IMG/VR virus record: IMGVR_UViG_3300025120_000022
DNA from: an uncultured virus (IMG/VR IMGVR_UViG_3300025120_000022)
Taxonomy: Duplodnaviria; Heunggongvirae; Uroviricota; Caudoviricetes
Length of the DNA: 20,000 nucleotides
Direction: 5' to 3' (one strand)
How positions within the stretch are numbered: the stretch's first letter is position 1; every line of letters begins with the position of its first letter. This document shows positions 8,204 through 16,025 of this stretch, one piece after another. Made by a program: the position numbers and the translations under genes. The notes below the pieces were generated by a model. That model worked only from the letters and a program-made list of their open reading frames with translations, was not told the origin of the DNA and searched no databases.

Positions 8204-9147
8204 TTATTGCATCTTGTCCTCTTCGGGTATCACTCTTCGGTGGTTCCACAGATAACCCATACTTCGTAGAGCAGTATGGACGTGGTTCTGTAATTAGTTT
8301 TACCTCCAGTCTGAAGACCTATGTGACTATTACACAGGACAAGTTTGGTTTTAATAGAGAGCAGCACAAATATATCATCAACTATTCTAGAAGAGAAGAA
8401 GTCTCTAGTATTGGAGGTATTCAGAACGAGGTTGTAAGGACTGTATTGCAATACTATGATATGCCACCAGTTCAGGTAACTCTGACCAGTGATGCATATT
8501 CACAGGGTAGTGGACTTGCATCCTCTTCTTCTTATACAATCAGTCTTATCAAAGCATGCACAATGTTCCTAGGTATTCCGATTACCGACAGTGATGCATG
8601 TAAACTCGCATATAAGTTAGAAAGAACTTATAACCCATACTGTGGATATCAAGATCCATACGGATGTGGTGTTGGTGGATTCAAGCGTATCAATTTTATG
8701 GGAGATGATTGTATCACCTATGAGTTCTTATCTACCGATCTATTTGATCACTACGATACACACCTTGTCTTTACGGGTGTCACAAGAAACTCCAAGAACA
8801 TTCTCAAGAATGTGACGGAGAACCTGGATAAAGTCAAACCTCTTTTAGAAACGTGTGATGAAGCATATTATCTGCTTTCTAATAAGAGTTACAAGTGTTT
8901 CCTGAATCTCATGAGCAAGAGTTGGAGACAGAAGAAGCAAACCTCTTCCACTATTGCAGAGAATGAAACTATCCAGATGATGGACTCTGCACTAGAACTG
9001 AACGATACTGTCCTAGCACATCGATTGTGTGGCGCTGGTAATGGTGGGTTCTTCCTGACATTTTCTAAACCTGGCACATTGACAATTCCATATGACTCTG
9101 TTAGAATACGAGTCGGAACTGATGGTGTCTATGGTAAATCCATTTGA
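8200..9147 (+). CDS. hddA: GHMP-family sugar kinase, D-glycero-alpha-D-manno-heptose-7-phosphate kinase-like
   Basis: PLRVSLFGGSTD, GSGLASSSS (GHMP ATP loop), G.QDPYGCGVGG, LVFTGVTR, LCGAGNGGF. Adjacent to a phosphoheptose isomerase. Confidence 0.8.
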   Translation: MIIASCPLRVSLFGGSTDNPYFVEQYGRGSVISFTSSLKTYVTITQDKFGFNREQHKYIINYSRREEVSSIGGIQNEVVRTVLQYYDMPPVQVTLTSDAYSQGSGLASSSSYTISLIKACTMFLGIPITDSDACKLAYKLERTYNPYCGYQDPYGCGVGGFKRINFMGDDCITYEFLSTDLFDHYDTHLVFTGVTRNSKNILKNVTENLDKVKPLLETCDEAYYLLSNKSYKCFLNLMSKSWRQKKQTSSTIAENETIQMMDSALELNDTVLAHRLCGAGNGGFFLTFSKPGTLTIPYDSVRIRVGTDGVYGKSI

Positions 9148-9637
9148 TGAATATGCAAAGGTGCTTAAATGCGCCCATATGGAAGAGCAGTTTTTAAGAT
9201 TTCGAGCAGCATTTGATTCTCATAATAGAATTATTATATTAGGTAATGGTGGAAGCAGTTCTGTTGCATCTCATATATCTCAAGACTATATGAAGTTCAA
9301 GGGTAAGAAAGTTTCTATTCTTTCTGATCCTTCAATGCTAACCATGCTTTCTAATGACTTTGGTTACAAGAAAGCATACCAGAAGTTTTTAGAGTATTAC
9401 GTAGAAGAAGATACTCTTGTGGTTATTATGAGTTCTGGTGGTGAATCAAAGAACATGATTAACTGCGTTAATTGGTGTGAAGATAATAAAGTTGATTATG
9501 GAGTGCTGACTGGGTTTGAATGTAATAATAGAATAAGAACCATTGCAGTTGATGCTCTATGGAACTATTGGATTGATAGTAAGTCATATGGTGTGATAGA
9601 GTGTGTTCATCAAATCTTTCTTCATGGAGTAGTATGA
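9131..9637 (+). CDS. gmhA: Phosphoheptose (sedoheptulose-7-phosphate) isomerase, SIS domain
   Basis: ILGNGGSSSVASH, SNDFGY, SSGGESKN, LTGF, YGVIECVHQIFLH. Start is more likely ATG 9131 or 9122 than 9092. Confidence 0.82.
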   Translation: MVNPFDEYAKVLKCAHMEEQFLRFRAAFDSHNRIIILGNGGSSSVASHISQDYMKFKGKKVSILSDPSMLTMLSNDFGYKKAYQKFLEYYVEEDTLVVIMSSGGESKNMINCVNWCEDNKVDYGVLTGFECNNRIRTIAVDALWNYWIDSKSYGVIECVHQIFLHGVV

Positions 9638-10383
9638 GATTTTGCTTTGATTTAGACGGGACAATCTGTGATACTCCCTGTGATCCAGACGGTCACAATC
9701 AACGATATTGGGATGCACTTCCTATCCCACTCATGGTAGATACAGTCAATCGTCTTTATGATGAAGGACATTATATTATCATTATGACTGCTCGTGGTAG
9801 AGGGTCAGGTAAGGATTGGACATCACAAACCGAGAAGAGTCTGAATGACTGGGGTGTGAAGTATCACGAACTGGAACCAATGTTTCATAAACCTAATGCT
9901 GATATCTTCATTGATGATAAGGGTGCTAATGTATTCGATTGGATTCTAGGTCAACCACAAAGAAAAGGAATCATTGCAGGTGCCTTTGATATAATCCATC
10001 CAGGATATATTCGTATGTTTGCTGATGCAAAGAAGTATTGCAATCACCTAACTGTTGCACTCCACGTTGATCCTTCAACAGAGCGAGCACATAAACTGAA
10101 ACCAGTGCAGACTGCAGAGGAACGTAAAGAGATTCTTCTGGGTATACGAAATATTGATGATGTTGTGTTTTATAACACTGAAGACGAATACCTTGCACTC
10201 CTAGAAAGTGGCGAGTATAATGTACGTTTCCTAGGTGAAGATTATTCTGATGGAAGTTATAGTGGTGTTGGTCTGGGTATTCCAATTACTTGGTTGCCTA
10301 GAAACCATGAGTACTCTAGTACTCGATTAAAAACATTGATTCATAATTCTATTATGCCAAGGAGACATGAAAAATATGATTAA
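9634..10383 (+). CDS. Bifunctional HAD-family phosphatase + cytidylyltransferase-like (HxGH) nucleotidyltransferase fusion
   Basis: N-domain FDLDGTIC, MTARG, KPNADIFIDDK (HAD motifs I-IV). C-domain AGAFDIIHPGY, LTVAL, KPV...ER..IL..I..IDDV, GEDY, SST. ATG 9634 forms an ATGA overlap with the gmhA stop. Confidence 0.82.
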   Translation: MRFCFDLDGTICDTPCDPDGHNQRYWDALPIPLMVDTVNRLYDEGHYIIIMTARGRGSGKDWTSQTEKSLNDWGVKYHELEPMFHKPNADIFIDDKGANVFDWILGQPQRKGIIAGAFDIIHPGYIRMFADAKKYCNHLTVALHVDPSTERAHKLKPVQTAEERKEILLGIRNIDDVVFYNTEDEYLALLESGEYNVRFLGEDYSDGSYSGVGLGIPITWLPRNHEYSSTRLKTLIHNSIMPRRHEKYD

Positions 10384-11269
10384 GAGTTTAGTCACAGGTG
10401 CAGCAGGTTTTATTGGATCTAACCTGGTCGATTACCTACTTGAACAAGGTCATTATGTTGTTTGTATTGATAATGAAAGTGCAAACAACAATGACTTTTA
10501 CTGGAATAGTAAAGCATATAATGTGAAGGCAGACATCTCCAGTTATGGAGATATGCGAGAACACTTTGATGGTATTGACTATGTGTTTCATCTAGCAGCA
10601 GAGAGTCGTCTGCAACCTGCTATTGAGAACCCTATCAATGCAGTCACTAAAAACTGTGTAGGAACCACTGTGGTTCTTCAATGTGCAAGAGAAGCAGGTG
10701 TGAAGCGGGTAGTATACTCTTCTACATCATCTGGATATGGTGGTAATCGTTGGCCTAATGTAGAGACACAACCTGATGATTGTCTAAACCCATACTCTGT
10801 GTCCAAGATTGCAGGTGAGAAACTATGTAAGATGTATACTGACCTTTATGGTTTGGAGACAATATCGTTGAGATACTTTAATGTATTTGGTGAGCGGTCT
10901 CCTACTGTTGGTCAGTATGCACCAGTGATTGGTATCTTCCAGAGACAAGAAGCAAATGGAGATGCACTTACTATTATCGGTGATGGTTCACAGAGACGTG
11001 ACTTTGTTCACGTTAAAGATGTAGCAAGAGCAAACTATCTTGCATCCCTGTCACCTATCTACCATATGTTGGGTCATGTATTCAATGTAGGTAGTGGTAA
11101 GAACTATTCTATACAAGAGATTGCTAACGCTATCTCTGATGCTCAGATATACTTACCTGAACGTTCTGGTGAAGCATCGACTACTCTTGCAAATATAGAT
11201 AGAATTGGTGAAATCATTGGATGGAAACCTGAAATTGATGTGATGGAATGGATTAAAACTAATGGATAA
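10376..11269 (+). CDS. NAD-dependent epimerase/dehydratase (extended SDR)
   Basis: TGAAGFIGS, VFHLAA, YSSTSS, YSVSK (YxxxK), LRYFNVFG, GDGSQRRDFVHVKDVA. Start at 10376 or 10367. Confidence 0.92.
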   Translation: MIKSLVTGAAGFIGSNLVDYLLEQGHYVVCIDNESANNNDFYWNSKAYNVKADISSYGDMREHFDGIDYVFHLAAESRLQPAIENPINAVTKNCVGTTVVLQCAREAGVKRVVYSSTSSGYGGNRWPNVETQPDDCLNPYSVSKIAGEKLCKMYTDLYGLETISLRYFNVFGERSPTVGQYAPVIGIFQRQEANGDALTIIGDGSQRRDFVHVKDVARANYLASLSPIYHMLGHVFNVGSGKNYSIQEIANAISDAQIYLPERSGEASTTLANIDRIGEIIGWKPEIDVMEWIKTNG

Positions 11270-12065
11270 GAATAAGGCAGTATATAAACTCAAAGGTCTT
11301 CCACCTATCTACTACACGAACCTGGATCGTAGTCCAGAACGTCAGAAGTATATGGAGGATCAGTTCAAATACTGGGAGATTGAAGACTACACCCGTATCT
11401 CTGGATACGATGGTACTGGTGAAGACGATCTGAGCGGTATCCTGAAGGGTCGCTATCCTGATCAGATGGGTCCGACTGACGTTGGGTGCTGTACATCGCA
11501 CTTGAAAGCAATTCACCATTGGTATACGACATCTGATACTCCTTGTGCTATCATGATGGAAGATGATTGTGACCTGTCAGTTGTTTCCAATTGGCCCTTT
11601 ACCTGGAAAGAGTTCTATTCTAGAATGCCTTTTGACTATGACTTGGTTCAACTTGCAGTGATTAATCCTGGTGCCCTGCATGTAGCACTCCATAAGAGAT
11701 TCGTCAATGACTTCTCTACTGCCTGCTACTTGATTACAAGACATCATGCTAAGAAACTGATGAACTTGTGTTACAGAGACGGCAAGTATAAACTTGATTA
11801 CAAGGCAAAACCAAGATGCAATTCCGAGCACTTGATCTATGAGTCTGGTAATAGTTTTGCTATGCCTGTCCTATTGTTCTCTCCTCCACATCTTGAATCT
11901 ATGATTTGGGATAAGAGTCACATTGATGCTTTTCATGTCCCAAGTCGAGATGGATTGCGTGAATGGTGGACTAATGAATCACCTAAACTTGAGAACTGGG
12001 AAAAATTATTTGAATACGATCCCTATATGGGACGCTTACCACCTGTAGAACAAAAAAATGATTAG
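11262..12065 (+). CDS. GT25-family glycosyltransferase
   Basis: YYTNLDRSPERQ, RISGYDG, GCCTSHLKA, IMMEDD, STACYLIT..AKKL. Confidence 0.85.
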   Translation: MDKNKAVYKLKGLPPIYYTNLDRSPERQKYMEDQFKYWEIEDYTRISGYDGTGEDDLSGILKGRYPDQMGPTDVGCCTSHLKAIHHWYTTSDTPCAIMMEDDCDLSVVSNWPFTWKEFYSRMPFDYDLVQLAVINPGALHVALHKRFVNDFSTACYLITRHHAKKLMNLCYRDGKYKLDYKAKPRCNSEHLIYESGNSFAMPVLLFSPPHLESMIWDKSHIDAFHVPSRDGLREWWTNESPKLENWEKLFEYDPYMGRLPPVEQKND

Positions 12066-12270
12066 TCCGTACTACATTGAAGAACCAATCACTCACATAA
12101 AGGTAGAAGTTCCTGAAGTGATACTATATTACTGTGATAATTTCACATATAATGCTGATAGAGATGATCTACGGTATATTGATTGTGTGTATATGCACAT
12201 GGGAGACTATGGAAATGACCCAAAAGTCCTTGAAAAGTTAAGAAGAACGTCTAGACCTATTTTTGAATAG
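12058..12270 (+). CDS. Hypothetical protein (70 aa)
   Basis: ORF overlaps the GT25 stop in the tightly packed style of the region. No recognisable motif. Confidence 0.6.
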   Translation: MISPYYIEEPITHIKVEVPEVILYYCDNFTYNADRDDLRYIDCVYMHMGDYGNDPKVLEKLRRTSRPIFE

Positions 12271-12296
12271 TAAATAATGTATCGCTAAAAACATCG

Positions 12297-12455
12297 ATGT
12301 CTAAGAATTTTGTATCCAAGGACGAACTCAAGTGCCGTGTCTTGAAATTGAAGCACGAATTGGACTGGGAACAGTCATCTACAGAGGAAGAGAGAGACCT
12401 AGCACACTTATACCTGAACTACGTCCTGAATGCTCTTGAAGAATATAGGGGTTGA
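12297..12455 (+). CDS. Small hypothetical protein (52 aa), not in the ORF track
   Basis: Manual translation: MSKNFVSKDELKCRVLKLKHELDWEQSSTEEERDLAHLYLNYVLNALEEYRG*. It fills the gap and has an amphipathic two-helix pattern. Confidence 0.7.
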   Translation: MSKNFVSKDELKCRVLKLKHELDWEQSSTEEERDLAHLYLNYVLNALEEYRG

Positions 12456-12480
12456 CAACACCAGTATGTTCGGTTATAAT
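12452..12480 (+). promoter_or_regulatory. Perfect sigma70 consensus (early/host-type) promoter
   Basis: TTGACA (12452-12457), 17 nt, TATAAT (12475-12480). Confidence 0.85.
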
Positions 12481-12493
12481 AGTATTTCGGATG

Positions 12494-12501
12494 TATAAAT
12501 A
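12494..12501 (+). promoter_or_regulatory. T4-type late promoter
   Basis: TATAAATA, an exact match to the gp55-dependent late consensus, in intergenic DNA. Confidence 0.7.
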
Positions 12502-12566
12502 CCTATTCGTGACGCGCATTACGAACTGTTACAGTTTCAACGCCTCAACTAATCGCCAAGATTCTG

Positions 12567-12575
12567 TGCTATAAT
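12567..12575 (+). promoter_or_regulatory. Extended -10 promoter
   Basis: TGCTATAAT (TGnTATAAT), about 75 nt upstream of ATG 12650. Confidence 0.6.
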
Positions 12576-12584
12576 ATCCATAAC

Positions 12585-12629
12585 GAGACACGTCGATGTC
12601 TCTATTCATCTGCGGGTAACCATTCCGCA
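12585..12629 (+). other. Structured 5' leader with two hairpins
   Basis: GAGACA-CGTCGA-TGTCTC (12585-12602) and TGCGG-GTAACCATT-CCGCA (12611-12629). Confidence 0.55.
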
Positions 12630-12649
12630 AGTAACTAAAGGTAACAAAA

Positions 12650-13015
12650 ATGTTTAAATCTGTATTCGCAGCTACTGCTGCTCTGTCCATGTCCGCTGGC
12701 GCTGCCCTTGCAGGTCCCTACGTTAACGTAGAAACCAATGCCGGTTGGGTTGGAGATGACTACTCTGCTGCGACCACCGACCTTCATGTAGGGTACGAAG
12801 GCGACCTGGGTGCTGCTTCATACTATGTGCAAGCGGGTCCTGCAGTCGTCGCTGTTGACGGTGAAGAAAGCGAGACTCAGTTCTCTGGTAAAGCAGGTCT
12901 TGGCGTCCCTGTCACCGATGCTCTTGGAGTATATGGTGAGCTGTCGTTCCTGACTGCTGACGATTCCGATAACAACGGTTATGGAGGTAAGTTGGGCGTT
13001 AAGTACAGCTTCTGA
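12650..13015 (+). CDS. Small exported outer-membrane beta-barrel-like protein
   Basis: Signal peptide ending ALA, alternating beta-strand patterns (LHVGYEG, YYVQAGP, LGVYGELSF), and a C-terminal GVKYSF terminal-Phe (BAM-type) signal. GC-richer codon usage than the flanks. Confidence 0.7.
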   Translation: MFKSVFAATAALSMSAGAALAGPYVNVETNAGWVGDDYSAATTDLHVGYEGDLGAASYYVQAGPAVVAVDGEESETQFSGKAGLGVPVTDALGVYGELSFLTADDSDNNGYGGKLGVKYSF

Positions 13016-13034
13016 TATATTAATTGTATCGTGC

Positions 13035-13057
13035 GGGGGGCAGCGCCCCCCTTTTTT
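13035..13057 (+). terminator. Rho-independent terminator
   Basis: GGGGGGC-AGC-GCCCCCC followed by TTTTTT. Confidence 0.9.
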
Positions 13058-13062
13058 AACTT

Positions 13063-13452
13063 ATGATTTTAGAAACTATTTTGGCACTGAGTGCCGTTGA
13101 TTATGACCATCTTGCCCGAGCAGTGCAAGTTGAAGCAGCAACTGGAACTAATGATGAATACTGTGTTGCAGTTTCCATCCTTAATAGAGTTAAGTCTCCG
13201 GCATTCCCTAACAATGTTGCTGACGTAGTTTATGCTCCTGGACAATACGAAGGTTTTTTCTATCGTCGTCCATCTGCTAAACCTAGTATTATTGCTAGGT
13301 TAAAGAACACAAAAAAACTTTTAGAAGCATACTCAATCATTGGTGATAGAACCAGTTTCAAAGGACAACGTATGTTGCCTTATCGCGTAGTTGCAGAAGA
13401 TCCTATGTGTGATCGTAGAGGAAATTTTTATCATCATCACTGGCAATCATGA
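13063..13452 (+). CDS. SleB/Hydrolase_2-like cell wall hydrolase
   Basis: LARAVQVEA (catalytic Glu), VAVSILNRVKSPAFPNNVADVVYAPGQY, GNFY. Confidence 0.8.
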   Translation: MILETILALSAVDYDHLARAVQVEAATGTNDEYCVAVSILNRVKSPAFPNNVADVVYAPGQYEGFFYRRPSAKPSIIARLKNTKKLLEAYSIIGDRTSFKGQRMLPYRVVAEDPMCDRRGNFYHHHWQS

Positions 13453-13814
13453 TTGGTCGCTTCAAGTCTCTTATCAAGAATATTGTTGGTATTTCAACAA
13501 CTAAAATTGAATGTGCAATTGATGAAAAACTAGTTGACTGTAAAACATTTACTCAACCTTATGTTGGTGTTTCAGCACCATCAATTCTTAAAAATGATGT
13601 TTGGTTTGGAGAAGCAACTATGAGCGAACAGCAAAGAAAAATTGAATACGACAATATAATTATCAATATGGATGGAGGAGTTGGCGGATCTTGGAGGGTT
13701 GCTAATGAACCAGATAATATTCATGAAGTGATGTATAAACTTTCTACAAAGAACAGTAGTACATTGAATTGTGGTGGTTCAGAAGTATTTCAAAAAGATG
13801 TTAATCTTGACTGA
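13449..13814 (+). CDS. Hypothetical protein
   Basis: ATGA-coupled ORF of 121 aa with no motif recognised. Confidence 0.6.
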   Translation: MIGRFKSLIKNIVGISTTKIECAIDEKLVDCKTFTQPYVGVSAPSILKNDVWFGEATMSEQQRKIEYDNIIINMDGGVGGSWRVANEPDNIHEVMYKLSTKNSSTLNCGGSEVFQKDVNLD

Positions 13815-13815
13815 T

Positions 13816-14100
13816 ATGGATTCTAATAAACCTAAAATACAATTATCATTTGATGGATGTTATAATTATAAAAAATTAAAAGACGAAGGGTTCATTGATG
13901 ATTGGAGATACTCTCCAGAAAAAATGAAACTACGAGAACAAGTTCTTGCTATTTTATTAAAAAAATTTGGTGGAGAACTAGAAAATTCTGTTCCCAAATA
14001 TTCAAATCAATCTATTTTTGAATGTGCCCATGACTGGGTTTCTCAAGGAAATATTAATGGGAATGGAATTGTAAAATACTACGAAGCATACTACCAATGA
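13816..14100 (+). CDS. Hypothetical protein
   Basis: Start revised to ATG 13816 (MDSNKPK...), just after the upstream stop. ATGA overlap with the next gene. Confidence 0.6.
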   Translation: MDSNKPKIQLSFDGCYNYKKLKDEGFIDDWRYSPEKMKLREQVLAILLKKFGGELENSVPKYSNQSIFECAHDWVSQGNINGNGIVKYYEAYYQ

Positions 14101-14765
14101 AAAAAATTATTATGGCTTTAATGGCAGCATGTCTTGCTGCTCCTGTAATGGCAGATTCCATTGAAGATAAAGATTACTTTAGCATGCATTCGATGGGATG
14201 CATGCTTCTTCAAGAATGTACTGATGATGTAAATGAAGTATTTTCTTTATTTGATATTTCTTCACAATATGATAATACTGAATCATTTTATCCAGTGTCG
14301 GATGAGTTTAACCGCATGCTTGTGGCATTGAATCAAGTTGGTGTTAAAGTATTTCTTGCTGATGAAAAGTATTTCCCAGTAGGACATCGTGGTGTCTATC
14401 ATACTGTAGGAAATAACTTCTTTCTCAATAGAGCATTCATGAGTCGTCCGAGTGTGTTGATGAGTGTAATGCGTCATGAAGGATGGCATGCCGCACAAGA
14501 TTGTATGGCAGGGACTATTAATAATAGTATGATTGCTATTATTATGCCTGAAGATGATGTTCCAATGTTATGGCAAGAGATGGTGAATAGAACATATCCA
14601 TCTGAGGCGAGACCATGGGAGAAAGAAGCAACTTGGGCAGGTAAAACTGTAGGCATGACGCAAACAGCATTGGAATCATGTGCTCGTGGTACAATGTGGA
14701 CTGATTATGATCCAACTCCAATGACTTATGAGTGGTTAGTTAAAGAAGGTTATATTTCTAAATAG
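14097..14765 (+). CDS. Exported zincin-like (HEXXH) protein, possible metallopeptidase
   Basis: Signal peptide MKKIIMALMAACLAAPVMA, motif RHEGWHAAQ, and a downstream EKEA as a candidate third ligand. Confidence 0.6.
   Translation: MKKIIMALMAACLAAPVMADSIEDKDYFSMHSMGCMLLQECTDDVNEVFSLFDISSQYDNTESFYPVSDEFNRMLVALNQVGVKVFLADEKYFPVGHRGVYHTVGNNFFLNRAFMSRPSVLMSVMRHEGWHAAQDCMAGTINNSMIAIIMPEDDVPMLWQEMVNRTYPSEARPWEKEATWAGKTVGMTQTALESCARGTMWTDYDPTPMTYEWLVKEGYISK
14758..14764 (+). promoter_or_regulatory. Possible late promoter variant
   Basis: CTAAATA, 22 nt upstream of ATG 14787, resembles the T4-like late consensus. Confidence 0.4.
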
Positions 14766-14786
14766 AAATGCGTTGCTCCATATGGA

Positions 14787-15224
14787 ATGCCAGAGGAAGT
14801 TAAGAAGGAAGAATCCAAAGATCCTAAGAAAAAAGGTCTTCTTGGAAAGATAAAGGAGGCAGCAGATGACAAGGAAGAACAGCTCGCTATTCTGTCTACT
14901 TTTGTTCGCCTTGGTATTCTTGTCTGGTCTGGGGGAATACTCACGTTGGCGTACATCAAACTTCCACCTGCACTCGGTATACCAGAGCAGAAACTAGATC
15001 CAACTTTTATCGCAAGTGTCTTTACTGGGGTGCTTGCGACTTTTGGTGTTCAGGCAGCAAAGAAAGCAGGAGAAGGTGGTGGTAGTAATGGTGGTATCAG
15101 TAAAGCAGATATGGAAAGATTGATTGCAGCTGCAGCGCAAACTGCACCACATCAGACTCTCCGTATTGAGCAAGCACCTGTAACCTTAAAGGTTGAGAAA
15201 GTAGAAGAACCTTACAAGATGTAA
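14787..15224 (+). CDS. Membrane protein with two predicted TM segments
   Basis: Charged N-terminus, then hydrophobic LAILSTFVRLGILVWSGGILTLAYI and FIASVFTGVLATFGV. Confidence 0.7.
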   Translation: MPEEVKKEESKDPKKKGLLGKIKEAADDKEEQLAILSTFVRLGILVWSGGILTLAYIKLPPALGIPEQKLDPTFIASVFTGVLATFGVQAAKKAGEGGGSNGGISKADMERLIAAAAQTAPHQTLRIEQAPVTLKVEKVEEPYKM

Positions 15225-15227
15225 ATT

Positions 15228-15785
15228 ATGATTAACAAACGATCTCCATTTAAGTGGGCGGCATTGGCAGTGGGAACACTGTTCGGTGTCGCTCATATTG
15301 GTATATTAGGGCATCTAATAAACAAAAATAATTTACCCATAATTAATCTTCCTGTTGGAGATTATACCTCATATACAGTAGAGGCAGGGGAGAAAGGATA
15401 TAGAATTAATTACTCATCAAATGATCCTAAAGTGTTAGGTGTCCGAAAAAGAGTTGATAAGACTAATGGATTCTTTGGTATTGGTGGGAAATCAAATGTA
15501 GAATATGATGAAGAGTATACAATGGATGGAGCCCGCCATATGGGTGGAGGTGCCGAGGGAAAGTTGACTGCCCAAAACCTGGCATGCATCAAAGCGGAGG
15601 GCGCTGGAGAATCAACCGGAAGAATGGTAGGTGCTAGTGTAGGTGCAGGGATTGCTCCTATCTTCACAGGTATTCCATATGTTGGTTGGTTAATATCTGG
15701 TTGGGCAGTAATGTTAGGTCAAGATACTGGTGCAGATGTAGGTGCTGAAATCGCCACAATGCAGTTGGAATGTGATGAGGATTGA
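15228..15785 (+). CDS. Membrane protein with an N-terminal TM segment and a C-terminal glycine zipper
   Basis: WAALAVGTLFGVAHIGILG, and GRMVGASVGAG...GQDTGADVGAE (GxxxG repeats). Confidence 0.7.
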   Translation: MINKRSPFKWAALAVGTLFGVAHIGILGHLINKNNLPIINLPVGDYTSYTVEAGEKGYRINYSSNDPKVLGVRKRVDKTNGFFGIGGKSNVEYDEEYTMDGARHMGGGAEGKLTAQNLACIKAEGAGESTGRMVGASVGAGIAPIFTGIPYVGWLISGWAVMLGQDTGADVGAEIATMQLECDED

Positions 15786-15951
15786 TATAGATATAGAGGA
15801 TTACACAATAATTCTAAACGCACTTCATTACTATAAAAAAGTAGAGAAGAGAGGCAATTTTAGACAATATGATGCAGAGCGTATTAACGCATTGAGAGAT
15901 AAGATTGCACAACAACTTGTGCCAAGTTCAAAAATTGATTTTAATTTATGA
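15775..15951 (+). CDS. Hypothetical protein (58 aa)
   Basis: Start revised to ATG 15775 (MRIDIDIEDY...), overlapping the upstream stop region. Confidence 0.6.
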   Translation: MRIDIDIEDYTIILNALHYYKKVEKRGNFRQYDAERINALRDKIAQQLVPSSKIDFNL

Positions 15952-16025
15952 GTGCTTTATTTGTATTTTCTTTTATATTACTACTTACTATAGGGATGGA
16001 ATTGACCTGGCCTGTTAAAAAATGA
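15948..16025 (+). CDS. 25-aa single-TM microprotein, not in the ORF track
   Basis: MSALFVFSFILLLTIGMELTWPVKK*, with ATGA overlaps at both ends (15948-15951 and 16022-16025). Confidence 0.7.
   Translation: MSALFVFSFILLLTIGMELTWPVKK

Noticed and set aside
1..12065. Interpretation as a bacterial O-antigen/capsule locus
   Set aside because: No wzx/wzy/wzm/wzt or initiating transferase is present, and the flanking genes, late promoter motif and gene packing point to a T4-like cyanophage. A cellular origin is not formally excluded without hallmark virion genes.
12537..12556. Possible Pho box (TCAAC repeats) upstream of the OMP gene
   Set aside because: The repeats are 8 nt apart rather than 11 and match the PyTTAAPyPy consensus poorly.
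12500..12640. tRNA, CRISPR array or named riboswitch in the intergenic region
   Set aside because: No cloverleaf or T-loop consensus and no repeat-spacer periodicity. I cannot match the hairpins to a named family from sequence alone.
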